From Phycisphaerales bacterium (lineage in GTDB: Bacteria; Planctomycetota; Phycisphaerae; WQYP01): a DNA stretch of 64,000 nucleotides. The notes under the pieces were generated by a model. It saw only the letters and a program-made list of their open reading frames with translations. It ran no database searches and was not told the DNA's origin. The translations under genes and the position numbers were made by a program. The stretch is taken from positions 1 to 64,000 of the forward strand of contig DAIDJN010000058.1 of assembly GCA_027451365.1 (NCBI GenBank). The letters are read 5' to 3'. How positions within the stretch are numbered: position 1 is the first letter of the stretch; each line of letters opens with the position of its first letter. Positions 19,784 to 30,534 of this stretch are shown piece after piece.

Positions 19784-21082
19784 TTGTCCAGTATACCATC
19801 CACCCGGCCGCCACTTCGCGCGGAAAATACTGCCAGACAATTTGTCCATCAACTTGCAAATGGCTTGACCCTTGTCGCGGAGAAAGTTGAATCAGTGCGT
19901 TCAGCCGCCATGGTGCTTCTGGTGCCGGCCGGCGCCTCGACCGATCCGGCGGACGCTCTGGGCAGTTCCAATATTCTGGCGGATTGGATCATGCGTGGCG
20001 CTGGCAGTCGCGACAACCGTGCCCTTACGGATTATCTGGATTCGCTTGGCATACAACGATCCTGCGGGGCCGAAACGGTATTTATGCGATTCAGCGCCTC
20101 GATGCTGGCGCGGAATTTGTCCGCTGCGCTGGAAGTGTATGCGGATATCGTGCAGCGGCCCGCGTTGCCGGAAGCCGGATTTTCGCCGGCTCGCGACTTG
20201 GCGATGCAGCAGATTGACGCCATTGAAGATGAGCCTTCGCAGAAATTGAATTTAATGCTGCGCGCCCGCCATCTGCCTGAACCCTTTGGACGGGCTGTGG
20301 TGGGGCTTCGCGAGCATCTTGCCGCCCTTGGACCGAACTCATTGCGACAGGATTATCAGCGTCGCTTCAACCCGCGCGGGGCCATTTTGTCCGTGGCCGG
20401 GGATATAGATTTCCAGTCTGTGCGCGACCAGGTGGAAAAACACTTTTCTGCCTGGCGGGCACAGACGCCGGTTCATCCGGAAGTTCGCGCCGCGCCGCGC
20501 GGAATGCAGCACCTTGATCAGCAGACCAATCAGGTGCAGATAGGTCTGGCCTATGACACCGTGTGTGAAAGCGATCCGCGCAGCCTGCTGGCCCAGATGG
20601 CGGTAGGCGTGCTGAGTGGCGGCATGGGGGCGCGGCTTTTTTCAGAAATCCGCGAGAAACAGGGGCTTTGCTATGCCGTGCACGCGGGCTACATGAGCCT
20701 GAAAAAGCCCGGACCGGGTGTGGTCGTTGGCTATGCCGGAACCGTTCCCGAACGCGCTCAAAAAACACTGGATTCCTTTCTTGTCGAACTTCACCGCCTT
20801 GGGAATGGTGTGACCGCGGACGAACTTGAGCGAACGCGCATCGGCATGAAAAGCCGTGTGATCATGCAGGGAGAAAGCTCCGCCTCGCGAGCCGGTGCGA
20901 TCGCCGCCGATTACCATTATTACGGTCGAACCCGCACACTTGAGGAATTGCGATCCGCCATTGAAGCGGTCAGCCTCACCGATATCAATAATTTTCTCGC
21001 GGCCAACCCTCCGGGAGCGATCACCGTCGTGACCATAGGACCTGGTAAGATAACCGTGCCGGACACTTTTCCCGCCGGCTGA
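19784..21082 (+). CDS. M16 peptidase, non-catalytic subunit
   Basis: LANGLTLV, LSGGMGARLFSEIREKQGLCY; HxxEH is absent. TTG start at 19784 follows AGGAGG. Confidence 0.85.
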   Translation: MSSIPSTRPPLRAENTARQFVHQLANGLTLVAEKVESVRSAAMVLLVPAGASTDPADALGSSNILADWIMRGAGSRDNRALTDYLDSLGIQRSCGAETVFMRFSASMLARNLSAALEVYADIVQRPALPEAGFSPARDLAMQQIDAIEDEPSQKLNLMLRARHLPEPFGRAVVGLREHLAALGPNSLRQDYQRRFNPRGAILSVAGDIDFQSVRDQVEKHFSAWRAQTPVHPEVRAAPRGMQHLDQQTNQVQIGLAYDTVCESDPRSLLAQMAVGVLSGGMGARLFSEIREKQGLCYAVHAGYMSLKKPGPGVVVGYAGTVPERAQKTLDSFLVELHRLGNGVTADELERTRIGMKSRVIMQGESSASRAGAIAADYHYYGRTRTLEELRSAIEAVSLTDINNFLAANPPGAITVVTIGPGKITVPDTFPAG

Positions 21083-21155
21083 GTCCAGGCCCTCTGTTTT
21101 GCGAGGGCCACCGCCTGAGGTCTATTGTCCATTTTTTCTGTTTGATGGAGTTTTC

Positions 21156-22376
21156 ATGGTCAGTTTCAAGCATGCACAGCTTGCCAATGGTCTGGATGTA
21201 ATTGCGGAAATACACCCACATGCCCAAAGTACCGCCATCGGATTCATGGTGAAAACCGGTTCACGCGATGAATCATCGCACGTCAATGGCGTGTCACACT
21301 TTTTGGAACACATGATGTTCAAAGGCACCGCCCGGCGGACCGCTGCCGAGGTAAACAGGGAATTTGACGCCATGGGTGCCCGCAACAATGCGTTTACCAG
21401 CAACGAGGTCACCTGTTACTGGGCCCACATCCTGCCGGAATTCTTGCCATCCGCACTTGATCTTCTGGCCGACATGATGCGTCCGGCTCTGCGCAACGAA
21501 GATTTTGATATGGAAAAAAAAGTCATTCTTGAGGAAATCGCGCTTTACCTGGATCGTCCCGGCCATGTCCTTTATGAAGCCATTATGCAGGATCATTTTG
21601 GCGGCCATCCGATGGCCCAGTCCATACTTGGCCCTAAAGAATCCATTGCGGCTCTGCGCCGCGACCAGATGAAAAGCTATTTTGATTCCCATTATGGACC
21701 GGGGAATATGGCGCTGGCGGTTGCGGGCAAGCTGGATTTTGACGCTTTAATGGCCGATGCCCGGCAGGCCTGCTCCGCCTGGGCGCATGTGGATGTGCAG
21801 CGGAGCTATGTACCGCCGTTGCTGGCGGCACACCGACGTCATATCACCGATCCCAAACTCAAACGCCATTACATTGCCATGATTTGCCCCGGACCCTCGG
21901 CGCAGGACGACCAGCGATTCGCCGCGCAGGTGTTTTCGGATGTCATGGGCGATCCCGATGGCTCCAGATTCTACTGGGCTTTAATTGAACCAGGTCTGGC
22001 GGATGAGGCGGATTTTGCCTTCTATCCACACGATGGAATGGGCAGCTTTTTTGCTGGAGCATCGTGCGATCCCGCCCGCGCCGCCCAGGTGGAAGAAATT
22101 ATGATTTCCGAAATGGCCAAAGCGGTACGCGATGGTCTGACGGATATTGAAATAAGCCGCAGCCGAACCAAAATTGAAACCGGTTCAGTTCTTCAAGGGG
22201 AATTGCCTCTCGGTCGCATGCGAAACATACTCAGTCGGTGGATCTACAATCACGAATACCGCACGTTGGAACAGGACCTTGAAGTCCTCCAAAGGGTCAA
22301 CACCTCAGCCGTGACCGGCCTGCTGCGGAATTTCACGCTTTCTCCGCTGACAGTTACCACACTTGGACCGGGATAA
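21156..22376 (+). CDS. M16 peptidase, catalytic subunit
   Basis: GVSHFLEHMMFKGT, NAFTS, EKKVILEE. Start at MVSFKH after GGAG. Confidence 0.92.
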   Translation: MVSFKHAQLANGLDVIAEIHPHAQSTAIGFMVKTGSRDESSHVNGVSHFLEHMMFKGTARRTAAEVNREFDAMGARNNAFTSNEVTCYWAHILPEFLPSALDLLADMMRPALRNEDFDMEKKVILEEIALYLDRPGHVLYEAIMQDHFGGHPMAQSILGPKESIAALRRDQMKSYFDSHYGPGNMALAVAGKLDFDALMADARQACSAWAHVDVQRSYVPPLLAAHRRHITDPKLKRHYIAMICPGPSAQDDQRFAAQVFSDVMGDPDGSRFYWALIEPGLADEADFAFYPHDGMGSFFAGASCDPARAAQVEEIMISEMAKAVRDGLTDIEISRSRTKIETGSVLQGELPLGRMRNILSRWIYNHEYRTLEQDLEVLQRVNTSAVTGLLRNFTLSPLTVTTLGPG

Positions 22377-22432
22377 ATCCCGCCTGTTCTCAAAGACTAT
22401 TGCCAGGGCCGCCAGTATGGCGACCGATTGGC

Positions 22433-23404
22433 TTAATGGCCGAAATGCTTTAGCAATTGCCGGATCATTGGCTGATTCGGATTGATCGATAGGCTCTTAA
22501 GCCAGAGGTTCAGTGCCTGGGTCTTTAAATCGGTTTGTGAATTGTCCTTCAGGTATCCGGCCATATCCACAACACCCAGACCGTTTATTGCCGGCGTGTA
22601 ATTTGGAAATTGTTTCAAAGCGGCCTTATATTTCGCGGTCGCCGCCGCCAGATGTCCGAGGCTGTACTGGCAATACCCCATTCGTTCGTCAATGGCCGGT
22701 GAAGGTGCCAGCTTTTCCCCTGTTGCCAGAACGTGCAGTGCGGTATCAAATCGCTTTTCCGCAATATAGACACCGGCAAGATTCAGGTAAATCGCGGACT
22801 GATGCGGCTGAAGTTCCAGGCTCTGCTTGTAATAATGAATAGCATGTCGCCGGTAGGACGGATCGGTATCCGCCGCCTGTGAATAAATTGCACCCAGATT
22901 GACCCACGTGGAGAACGAATTACTGCCGTCAGCAATCGCCCGCTTGCCGTAGATCAAACCCATAAATGGCTTGCCGTTCTGGGCGTAGGCCACCGCAAGT
23001 TTAATGGATGCTTGAGCGCTCTTTGGCTTAATCTCGAGTGCCCGTTGATAGGCTCCAATCGCGCGGACAAATTCGCGAAGTTCCTGGCGAGTCAGGCCCA
23101 GTGAATAGAAGTTGTGAAAACTCCAGGGATTAATTTCCGACGCTCTCTGGAAGCTCGCCGCCGCCTGATGAAAGTCTCCCTTTTTAAGATACAGGTCGCC
23201 CAAAGCCTGATAGGCCAACTCCAGCTGCGGATTCTTTTCGATTGCCGCGTTTAGTTCAGCAATGGCCTGATCCGTATGATTGGCTTGGGCATCCAACTGC
23301 CCGCTAATATAGGAGTGCAGTCCGCTGGACTGCTGGCCGCACCCCCCCAGCATAAGCATGGTAGCCGATATCAGAGAGCCGTATAACAATTTTTTCATCA
23401 CCAT
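22433..23404 (-). CDS. TPR-repeat lipoprotein
   Basis: Lipobox LGGC; multiple TPR repeats (AYQALGDLY, AIGAYQRALEIKP). Confidence 0.85.
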   Translation of the reverse strand: MVMKKLLYGSLISATMLMLGGCGQQSSGLHSYISGQLDAQANHTDQAIAELNAAIEKNPQLELAYQALGDLYLKKGDFHQAAASFQRASEINPWSFHNFYSLGLTRQELREFVRAIGAYQRALEIKPKSAQASIKLAVAYAQNGKPFMGLIYGKRAIADGSNSFSTWVNLGAIYSQAADTDPSYRRHAIHYYKQSLELQPHQSAIYLNLAGVYIAEKRFDTALHVLATGEKLAPSPAIDERMGYCQYSLGHLAAATAKYKAALKQFPNYTPAINGLGVVDMAGYLKDNSQTDLKTQALNLWLKSLSINPNQPMIRQLLKHFGH

Positions 23405-23775
23405 CGCGGTATCCTTAATGGTCTTATAAATCGGTTGTGCAACGTACTATCCATGAGACATTCCGGCTGGACCGGAAAAATCCCAATTTGTTCGCTAAAG
23501 CGTATTGTGGCCGCTTCGGAATGACGCAACCACGGACCGCCGCGGAATTTTCAGCTATCCATTTCGACTTGAAAGACGAAATTCCAACCAGACCGTCCCG
23601 GTTTGTCCGAAACCTGTCTGCCGGGGGCCCAATATCAGATTCGGGTATCTGCAATGCGGCGCACCAACCCGCTTGGGCCCTGCCCGCCGCAAATTATCGC
23701 GCTCAGACGCTTATATGCCGGTGGCAATTCGCAACGCCATCAGGCCAATCGCCCCGCGATCGGGAAGAATTTACA

Positions 23776-23991
23776 TTATGGGGTGATTGGAACTCGTGAA
23801 AGCGTGAGCGGCCTATCAATCAGGAGCACATGTTCGGTATCGTCACCGGCTTGCAACCAGTCTGTGGACGTCGAGCGGGCAATGCGGTTGGCATTTTGCC
23901 CGGGCGTGTCGGTCAAAGTCTGGCAACCCGTGAGCGTGGGTAACGCCACAGATAAACATGCCAACAACCCAAAAGTTGTGAGACGCTTCAT
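23776..23991 (-). CDS. Small lipoprotein (71 aa), unknown function
   Basis: GGAGG RBS; MKR, hydrophobic stretch, LTGC lipobox. Confidence 0.75.
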   Translation of the reverse strand: MKRLTTFGLLACLSVALPTLTGCQTLTDTPGQNANRIARSTSTDWLQAGDDTEHVLLIDRPLTLSRVPITP

Positions 23992-24137
23992 GAATGCCTC
24001 CAAAAGCAAAATTCCGCCAAGCGGCAGAGCATGACACTATTGGTATCCGCCCGTGCCGCGCCTGTCAATCCATCAGGCTGGTTGTGTAAATTATGCTGCC
24101 CGCACCATTTTTTCACAAGTCTTGCTCGTTTGTTCTG

Positions 24138-25553
24138 TCAGCCCGCGGGGGGGACGGATGACTGGAATCCGCCCGTGGCGGCATTCTGAGTTCTATTTGC
24201 CGGGGTATCAACAGCCAAAATTTCTTTTTTTCGCCGCTCTTTTAGCGTCGTCATTAAATAACGGGTGATAAAAAGCCCCGTCGTACCCACAAGCAAGCCG
24301 CACACGATTCCTCCCACCAGCACGGGCGCTAGAAAGGTTTTCAAGACCCGCAGACCGGTCAAATGCCGCCAGTCCACCATTCCGGGTGACAGCCCATGCC
24401 CGTACAGCAGCAACGAACCGACTTCCAGGCTGGCTAAAATGCACAATGGCGTCAGTGGCGGAATTGATATTTGTGATGCCAGCACTGTGACGGCCACATT
24501 CAGATGAATCCGCCGGGCCACGTAAATTGCCAGCAGCGTCTGCAAGCCGTAGGCTGGAAAAAATCCGATTAACAGCCCTACACCTACCGCCGTGGGCAGA
24601 CGGGCGTCCGCCAGATGTGCCGTGAACAGTTCGCGCACTATAGCTTTCCAGACATGCCGATTATGCCACGCCAGATAGCCGGGTGTCTTCGTCGGCTTTT
24701 CCGCCGATCGACAGAAAACCGCACGTCGCTTTGGCCCAGGCAGTGGCAGCAACCGGCGAATGACCAGCAGCACATTCAGTCGTACGCCGCGCAGGGTATC
24801 GCGAATCGGTCGGAAGTGCGTGATACGCTCCGCTGCGGAAAAGTAAAGGCAGGTAATGGGTGTCGAGCGTATGCACATTCCAGCCCATGCATGGCGAGCC
24901 AGTGTTTCACTTTCAAAATCAAATCGCTTAAACCAGTGGTGGCCGAGTTTCAAAGTATGAGATAACGGATATACCCGCAGCCCGCACTGGCTGTCCGGTA
25001 CGTCCTGCCCGGTCTGAATCCATAGCCAGAACCGAGACAGGTCTCGTCCCTTTTTACTGCTCGGCGGTACCGGATATTCATCCATTTGCCGGTCGCCAAT
25101 AATCAGATCATCCGGAAAAAGCCGCGAAAACTGCATCACTCGGACCATATCTAAAACCAGATGTTGCCCGTCTGCATCTGTCGTCAGTGCATGGGTGGCG
25201 TTCAATGCATACGCGGCCCGGAACCCTGCGAGAAGCGCAGCGCCTTTACCCTGATTTCTGGCCAACGTTATTACGCGAATGCGTTCCGCCGCTCCCGACG
25301 ATACCCGCGCCATGTCTTTGATCAGTTCTTCCAGTGCGGTGCTGGTCTGGTCGGTGCTGCCGTCATTGATAATAATAATCTTTGAATCCACGAATTTGGC
25401 GGCAATTTCACGCACCACGCGCCCGACTGACCCGCCATGGTTGTACACCGGCACAAGTACCGCAAATCGCATCGCCGGTGGCTTCTGAACCGGATGAAGT
25501 TCCGCGCCGAGCTTCTGGGACGATTCGCGGGATGTGTCATCAAGGATGCTCAT
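24138..25553 (-). CDS. GT2 glycosyltransferase fused to a DUF2062 membrane domain
   Basis: VPVYNH, NDGSTD, NQGKG, DADGQH, DSQCGLRVYP; C-terminal GVGLLIGFFPAYG membrane domain. Confidence 0.85.
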   Translation of the reverse strand: MSILDDTSRESSQKLGAELHPVQKPPAMRFAVLVPVYNHGGSVGRVVREIAAKFVDSKIIIINDGSTDQTSTALEELIKDMARVSSGAAERIRVITLARNQGKGAALLAGFRAAYALNATHALTTDADGQHLVLDMVRVMQFSRLFPDDLIIGDRQMDEYPVPPSSKKGRDLSRFWLWIQTGQDVPDSQCGLRVYPLSHTLKLGHHWFKRFDFESETLARHAWAGMCIRSTPITCLYFSAAERITHFRPIRDTLRGVRLNVLLVIRRLLPLPGPKRRAVFCRSAEKPTKTPGYLAWHNRHVWKAIVRELFTAHLADARLPTAVGVGLLIGFFPAYGLQTLLAIYVARRIHLNVAVTVLASQISIPPLTPLCILASLEVGSLLLYGHGLSPGMVDWRHLTGLRVLKTFLAPVLVGGIVCGLLVGTTGLFITRYLMTTLKERRKKEILAVDTPANRTQNAATGGFQSSVPPAG

Positions 25554-26089
25554 CAGTATGGTATAACTCCAAAACGGATTCGATTGGACCGCGCAATTTG
25601 AGTCTGCATATTAGAACAGAGCAATGCGATTTACGCGATGCCGCACTATTTGCCGTCCATCCGCACGCCCTGAATCTGATTACGCGCCCAATAAGCCTCG
25701 CGCCAAACGGCCTATTTTACCCTGTATTCTAACCGCGGCTTCAGAAGTTCGACAGTCCGCCGCAAATAGCCCGAAGCCGGTGGCCCCGGTCATACCTCGC
25801 GCGATTGTTGGCGGAACGCCTTTTCTTGGTCAAAGAATTGCGGTTTACCCTGATATGTCGGGACCGTGCCGCGTGGCTTGTGTGCGCAAACATCAATTTC
25901 CGCGTGCCAGACGCAACGATTCATCTTCTGGCAATTGTCCCATTGACAATGGAGTTAAGTATGGCCATGACTTGCTGTTTGCTGCGCATTGGCCACATTT
26001 TCCGTACGCCGGCCCGCGGTGGAGTCTTGTCCTGGCAAAGGCATTACAAATCCGCCCGCGATTCGTGTTGTGCCTCAAGCGTCCCGGTT

Positions 26090-26797
26090 TCAGTCGTCAA
26101 TGACAATAACCTGCACAAATTTAGGTCCGTGTACGCCCGTCACCAGATTCATTTCAATATCCGCTGTTTTGCTCGGCCCGTTAATGATCACCACGTTGCT
26201 GGGGATCAGGCCGCCCGCGTCCCTGCGCACCCGCGGCAATGCATCAATCATATCGGCGACAATTCGCGTTGCCGGCAGCAGTACAATGTGCAGCGGAACT
26301 GTTAATGTGGTGGATCTTCCGAATCCCGAATCACTCCAGACCAGCAGTGCGCCACTGTCCGCAAGGCCATAGCGGCAATCCGTCACCGAGGCATCCGTTA
26401 CATAAACACTTTGCGCGCAATGTTCGTCTCCCCACTGGGATACCTGATATCCACGGGCTTTCAGATCCTCCCGCAATGATCCTTCCGGCACATCCGACAG
26501 ATTCAGCATAATGGATTTAACGCCGGAATTCCGCAGGCAATCCTCCACCGCTTGAGTCAGCGCGATCGCTCTGCTGCGCCGCACCACCATGCCATTTTTT
26601 TCCGCCATCGCAATCCAGCGGCTTACGCGTTTGGGGTCCGAGGCGGTTACCTGTCGCAGCAGCCGCTCGGGCCGAGCCGGCACTGTGTCAGGCTTTGGTG
26701 CCATGCCTTGGGTCGAATGGCCCAGGGCATGGCGGACACGCGCCATAAATTCCGGACCAGATCCCTGACTGGACGATTCTGTTGATTGTTCTGCCAT
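26090..26797 (-). CDS. lutC: Lactate utilization protein C (LUD domain)
   Basis: ADSGAL, GRSTTL, GPSKTADIEMNLVTGVHGP. Confidence 0.88.
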   Translation of the reverse strand: MAEQSTESSSQGSGPEFMARVRHALGHSTQGMAPKPDTVPARPERLLRQVTASDPKRVSRWIAMAEKNGMVVRRSRAIALTQAVEDCLRNSGVKSIMLNLSDVPEGSLREDLKARGYQVSQWGDEHCAQSVYVTDASVTDCRYGLADSGALLVWSDSGFGRSTTLTVPLHIVLLPATRIVADMIDALPRVRRDAGGLIPSNVVIINGPSKTADIEMNLVTGVHGPKFVQVIVIDD

Positions 26798-26860
26798 AGG
26801 CCCGGTAACCTCTGAAAAGCCGTCGAATTTCAGTTGTTTGCAACGGATTTAATATCAATT

Positions 26861-28345
26861 TTACGGACGTTGGGTCGCGTTTTTGCGATAGGTGGCATAT
26901 TGACTGCGGAAGTCTTTTTTTGCCGGCGCGGGAAAATCGCGGACTTTTGTCCACTCGCCGGGCTGTCCGGGTAAGCGCGTGATCCAGCCATCCGGCTTTT
27001 TCAGCAGCCGCAACAACAAACGCTGCATCATCTGTCCGGCTCGGTACGACCAGCCGTGTGCAAGTGTCCAACTCCAGATTCGGAAAACCAGGCGCTCTGG
27101 TCCGCTGATGATACCCGTTTCCACCAGGTCCTTGCGCATGGAAATAAGCAATTCGGGAATATTTATTTTCACCGGGCATGCTTCGAAGCACGCACCACAT
27201 AAGCTCGACGCCATCGGCAGGTGCTTATGCGCTTCCAGACCGTTAAAAAGTGGAGTCAGCAGGGCACCAATCGGACCCGGATAGACGCTTCCGTAGCTTT
27301 TTCCGCCTACCTTTCGGTAAATCGGGCAGGCATTCAGACAGGCACCGCAGCGGATGCAGCGCAGCGTGTCGCGATATTCGCCAGCTAAAATACGTGAGCG
27401 ACCATTATCCATAATAATCAGGTGGAATTCGTCCGGGCCATCCTGTTCGCCTGGGCGGCGTGGCCCGGTGATGATGCTTGTGTACTGGGTAAGCGCCTGT
27501 CCGGAAGCGCTCCGTGCCAGAAGCTTCAAAAACACCGGCAGATCGTCCCAGGCGGGAATGGTTTTTTCCATTCCCATAATGGCCACGTGAATTCGCGGCC
27601 GACTGGTACACATGCGGCCGTTCCCTTCGTTGGTGCACAATACGATGGAGCCGGTTTCCGCTATCGCAAAATTAACCCCGCTTATGCCCATGTCCGCTTC
27701 ATTAAAGCGCTTCCGCAGATAAACCCGCGCCATTTCCGCCAACGCCTGCGGATCTTCAGTGAAGGGCACCTTGAAATACTTTTCGAAAATGCGTCCTATT
27801 TCGGCAGCTCGCTTATGGATAACCGGCATCACCAGATGCGTCGGGTGGTCATGGTCCACCTGAAGTATAAATTCACCAAGGTCGGTTTCCAGCGGTTCAA
27901 TGCCGGCCGCTATTAGCGCATCATTAAGCTCGGTTTCCTCGCTGACCATGCTTTTGCTTTTTACCACCAGACGGCTGCCGGTGCGGCGGGCAATATCAAT
28001 GACAATGGCGTTGGCCTGTGCGTTATCCAGGGCGAAATAAACCTGACCGCCGGCCGCCCGCACATTTTTTTCCAGCAATTCCAAGTAATAATCCAAATGG
28101 TCCAGCGTATGACTTTTAATCTGGCCCGCCAGTTCCCGCAAACCATCCGCATCCGGCAGTTGAGCCAGGGCTTCGCGCCGGCCATAATCCTTTTTTGTAA
28201 CCGAATTATCCAATGCCGCGTGCAGATTCGCATCGGCGGCGGCGGTATGCGCCTCGGCCAGAAAATTGGGATGGAACACGGGTAACGCCAGGCGGCGGGG
28301 CCGAGTATCCGAAGCCGCATCGGCTGGCGGTGATGTCTGGCTCAT
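26861..28345 (-). CDS. lutB: Lactate utilization protein B (Fe-S)
   Basis: KSKSM, ETDLGE, TNEGN, CIRCGACLNACP, YPGPIG, SLCGACFEACPVKI. Confidence 0.93.
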   Translation of the reverse strand: MSQTSPPADAASDTRPRRLALPVFHPNFLAEAHTAAADANLHAALDNSVTKKDYGRREALAQLPDADGLRELAGQIKSHTLDHLDYYLELLEKNVRAAGGQVYFALDNAQANAIVIDIARRTGSRLVVKSKSMVSEETELNDALIAAGIEPLETDLGEFILQVDHDHPTHLVMPVIHKRAAEIGRIFEKYFKVPFTEDPQALAEMARVYLRKRFNEADMGISGVNFAIAETGSIVLCTNEGNGRMCTSRPRIHVAIMGMEKTIPAWDDLPVFLKLLARSASGQALTQYTSIITGPRRPGEQDGPDEFHLIIMDNGRSRILAGEYRDTLRCIRCGACLNACPIYRKVGGKSYGSVYPGPIGALLTPLFNGLEAHKHLPMASSLCGACFEACPVKINIPELLISMRKDLVETGIISGPERLVFRIWSWTLAHGWSYRAGQMMQRLLLRLLKKPDGWITRLPGQPGEWTKVRDFPAPAKKDFRSQYATYRKNATQRP

Positions 28346-29154
28346 GATCCAGCTCCGGACGGGACGGTGGTAACGCCGCTTGTGCCCGCCGAACGCGGGC
28401 TTGCGGTTTTGCCGGATTCAATCGCGTCCCAAATGATGCTGGCTATATGGCGCGGTATAAATTTGCCGCCATGCCGGTGACAGGCTCCGCCAATGTTCAT
28501 GGCGCAGCCGCCGTCGTTGACGATCATTTCCTGGGCGCCGGTTTTATTGCCGCAGTCGAGTTTGTCCATAACCATGGCTCGGCTGATGTCGGAATATTTA
28601 ATCGCGAATGTGCCGCCAAAACCACAACATTGTTCCGCCTTTTCCAGTGGGGTAAAGTGCACATTGCCAATTTGCTTAAGCAGATCAATGCACGGTTCGC
28701 CTGTTGTATGAAGCCCGCGAAGATGACATGTGTAATGATAGGTGAATGTCTTTTCGGCGGGCAATGAAAGAAGTCGCAGGTCCACCTTCAAAATTTTCGT
28801 CAGGAATTCCACATATTCATAGGTGCGAGCCACAAATTCCGTCGCCTTCTGTTCCCACACCGGGTCGCCTTCCATCAGATGAATATAGTGATCGCGAATC
28901 ATGGCGCAGCAGGATCCGGACGGTGTAACAATATAATCCGAATTTTCAAATACCTGGATCATGCGCCGGGCAAGATCCCGTGCGTCGTGGTGAAAGCCGT
29001 TATTGAACGCAGGTTGGCCGCAGCAGGTTTGTGCCACCGGAAAATCCACCATGCAGTCAAAATATTCCAAGGTCTTGACGACCGCCATCCCGACATCGGG
29101 TGCGAAAAGATCGGTCAGGCAGGTTACAAACAGGCTTACTTTCATGCGTTGCAA
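28342..29154 (-). CDS. lutA: Lactate utilization protein A (CCG domains)
   Basis: LFVTC, QTCCGQPAFN, SGSC, CCGFGGTF; ATGA overlap with lutB. Confidence 0.92.
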   Translation of the reverse strand: MQRMKVSLFVTCLTDLFAPDVGMAVVKTLEYFDCMVDFPVAQTCCGQPAFNNGFHHDARDLARRMIQVFENSDYIVTPSGSCCAMIRDHYIHLMEGDPVWEQKATEFVARTYEYVEFLTKILKVDLRLLSLPAEKTFTYHYTCHLRGLHTTGEPCIDLLKQIGNVHFTPLEKAEQCCGFGGTFAIKYSDISRAMVMDKLDCGNKTGAQEMIVNDGGCAMNIGGACHRHGGKFIPRHIASIIWDAIESGKTASPRSAGTSGVTTVPSGAGS

Positions 29155-29306
29155 TTCTAGGCGGATAACAGTGAAAGAACAATGTTCACGGGGTACCCGT
29201 TTACTCCAGATGTGGCGGTCAGGGGATACCGCATTTTTCTAATTCCAGGCCGCATCGCCAAATTATCCATTTGCCCCAATTTGGCGACTGGCCAAGGGGC
29301 GACGAT

Positions 29307-29888
29307 TCAGTGGGTCGCCGCCGCCATTGCCAGCCGCGGACCAAGCTCCACCTGCGGCTGCGGTGAAGGCTTATAGGTCGGCTGCAGGGCAATTTTCAGC
29401 GGCTGGCGTTTCGCCTGCGGCATGCCATATTCATCCACGATCCGTTGAATCGCCATCACACCTTCAATCAGCGTTTCCGGACGGGGCGGACAACCCGGAA
29501 TATAGACATCCACCGGCATGAATTGATCAATTCCCTGAATGGTGGCGTAGTTGTCAAACACGCCGCCCGTGCATGCACACGCACCCATGCTGATAACCCA
29601 CTTAGGCTCGGCCATCTGCAGATAAATGCGATGCAGCACCGGCATCATTTTAATGCTGACTCGTCCAGCCACGATCAGCAGGTCTGCCTGGCGCGGCGAA
29701 AACCGCATGACTTCGGCCCCGAATCGCGCTAAATCGTACCGGCTCGAGGCCGTCGCCATTAATTCAATTCCGCAGCAGGCTGTGGCGAATGGCAACGGCC
29801 ATACACTGGATCGGCGGCACCAGTTGACCACTTTTTTCAGATTCAGGGTCAGAAAATTATCGGTTAAGGCTGTGGGTTCGATGGACAT
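29307..29888 (-). CDS. nuoB: NADH-quinone oxidoreductase subunit B
   Basis: [35 protein letters not shown]. Start at MSIEPT. Confidence 0.95.
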   Translation of the reverse strand: MSIEPTALTDNFLTLNLKKVVNWCRRSSVWPLPFATACCGIELMATASSRYDLARFGAEVMRFSPRQADLLIVAGRVSIKMMPVLHRIYLQMAEPKWVISMGACACTGGVFDNYATIQGIDQFMPVDVYIPGCPPRPETLIEGVMAIQRIVDEYGMPQAKRQPLKIALQPTYKPSPQPQVELGPRLAMAAATH

Positions 29889-29955
29889 CTTTGCGCTCCA
29901 AAATATACCGCTTTCCGGCTTGCCGTACCAAATGCCGGGGCTGCGAGGGGACGGC

Positions 29956-30396
29956 TTAATCCCACTTGAATACTCCCTTACCCCAAGCGTAAATATACGC
30001 CACAAGCAATATCACGGTAAAAATGATCACGCTTAAAAACAGCGGGCCGTTGGCAACGTGAAGCCATGGGTGGCGGACCGTGTTAAATGAGCTGATCCAG
30101 GGAATCAGGAACAGGACTTCCACATCAAATACCAGGAAAATCATCGCAACCAGATAGAATCGGACATTAAACCGTTCGCGTGTGCTGCCCAGTGGATCCA
30201 CACCCGATTCGTATGTGGAATCCTTGGTTTTGCCTTTACGGCTGGGGCCAAGAATATGTGAAAGCACCACATTGGCAATTCCAAATCCGAGTCCGGCGAC
30301 AAACAGAATTCCCAGCAGAATCCAGATTTCGTAAAGGCTGCTGAATCCCTGCATGGCCAGCGAATTTTGCAACAATGTCATACCGTAAAACTCCAA
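29956..30396 (-). CDS. nuoA: NADH-quinone oxidoreductase subunit A
   Basis: [28 protein letters not shown]. Start may be 30381 or 30354. Confidence 0.93.
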   Translation of the reverse strand: MEFYGMTLLQNSLAMQGFSSLYEIWILLGILFVAGLGFGIANVVLSHILGPSRKGKTKDSTYESGVDPLGSTRERFNVRFYLVAMIFLVFDVEVLFLIPWISSFNTVRHPWLHVANGPLFLSVIIFTVILLVAYIYAWGKGVFKWD

Positions 30397-30534
30397 AATG
30401 CCTCACCACGTGACGCCTTCACGATGTGAAACAATTCACAAACTTTTTACATTATACGAGGGAATGGCTTCCGTGGTCAAAACCGCTCGAAACTTCCCCA
30501 AAAGGCAGTCATTTGTTCGTGCTCTACCTCTATG

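Noticed and set aside
25895..25950. Third candidate sigma54/palindrome site (minus-strand TGGCACGCGGAAATTG; TGTCC-CAT-TGACA)
   Set aside because: The -24/-12 spacing is off, the palindrome is mismatched and only ~25 bp away, and there is no chaperone gene downstream.
25554..26089. ORFs or ncRNA in the 540-bp gap between the GT2 gene and lutC
   Set aside because: Overlapping ORFs lack RBSs and motifs, and I recognise no riboswitch or structured RNA.
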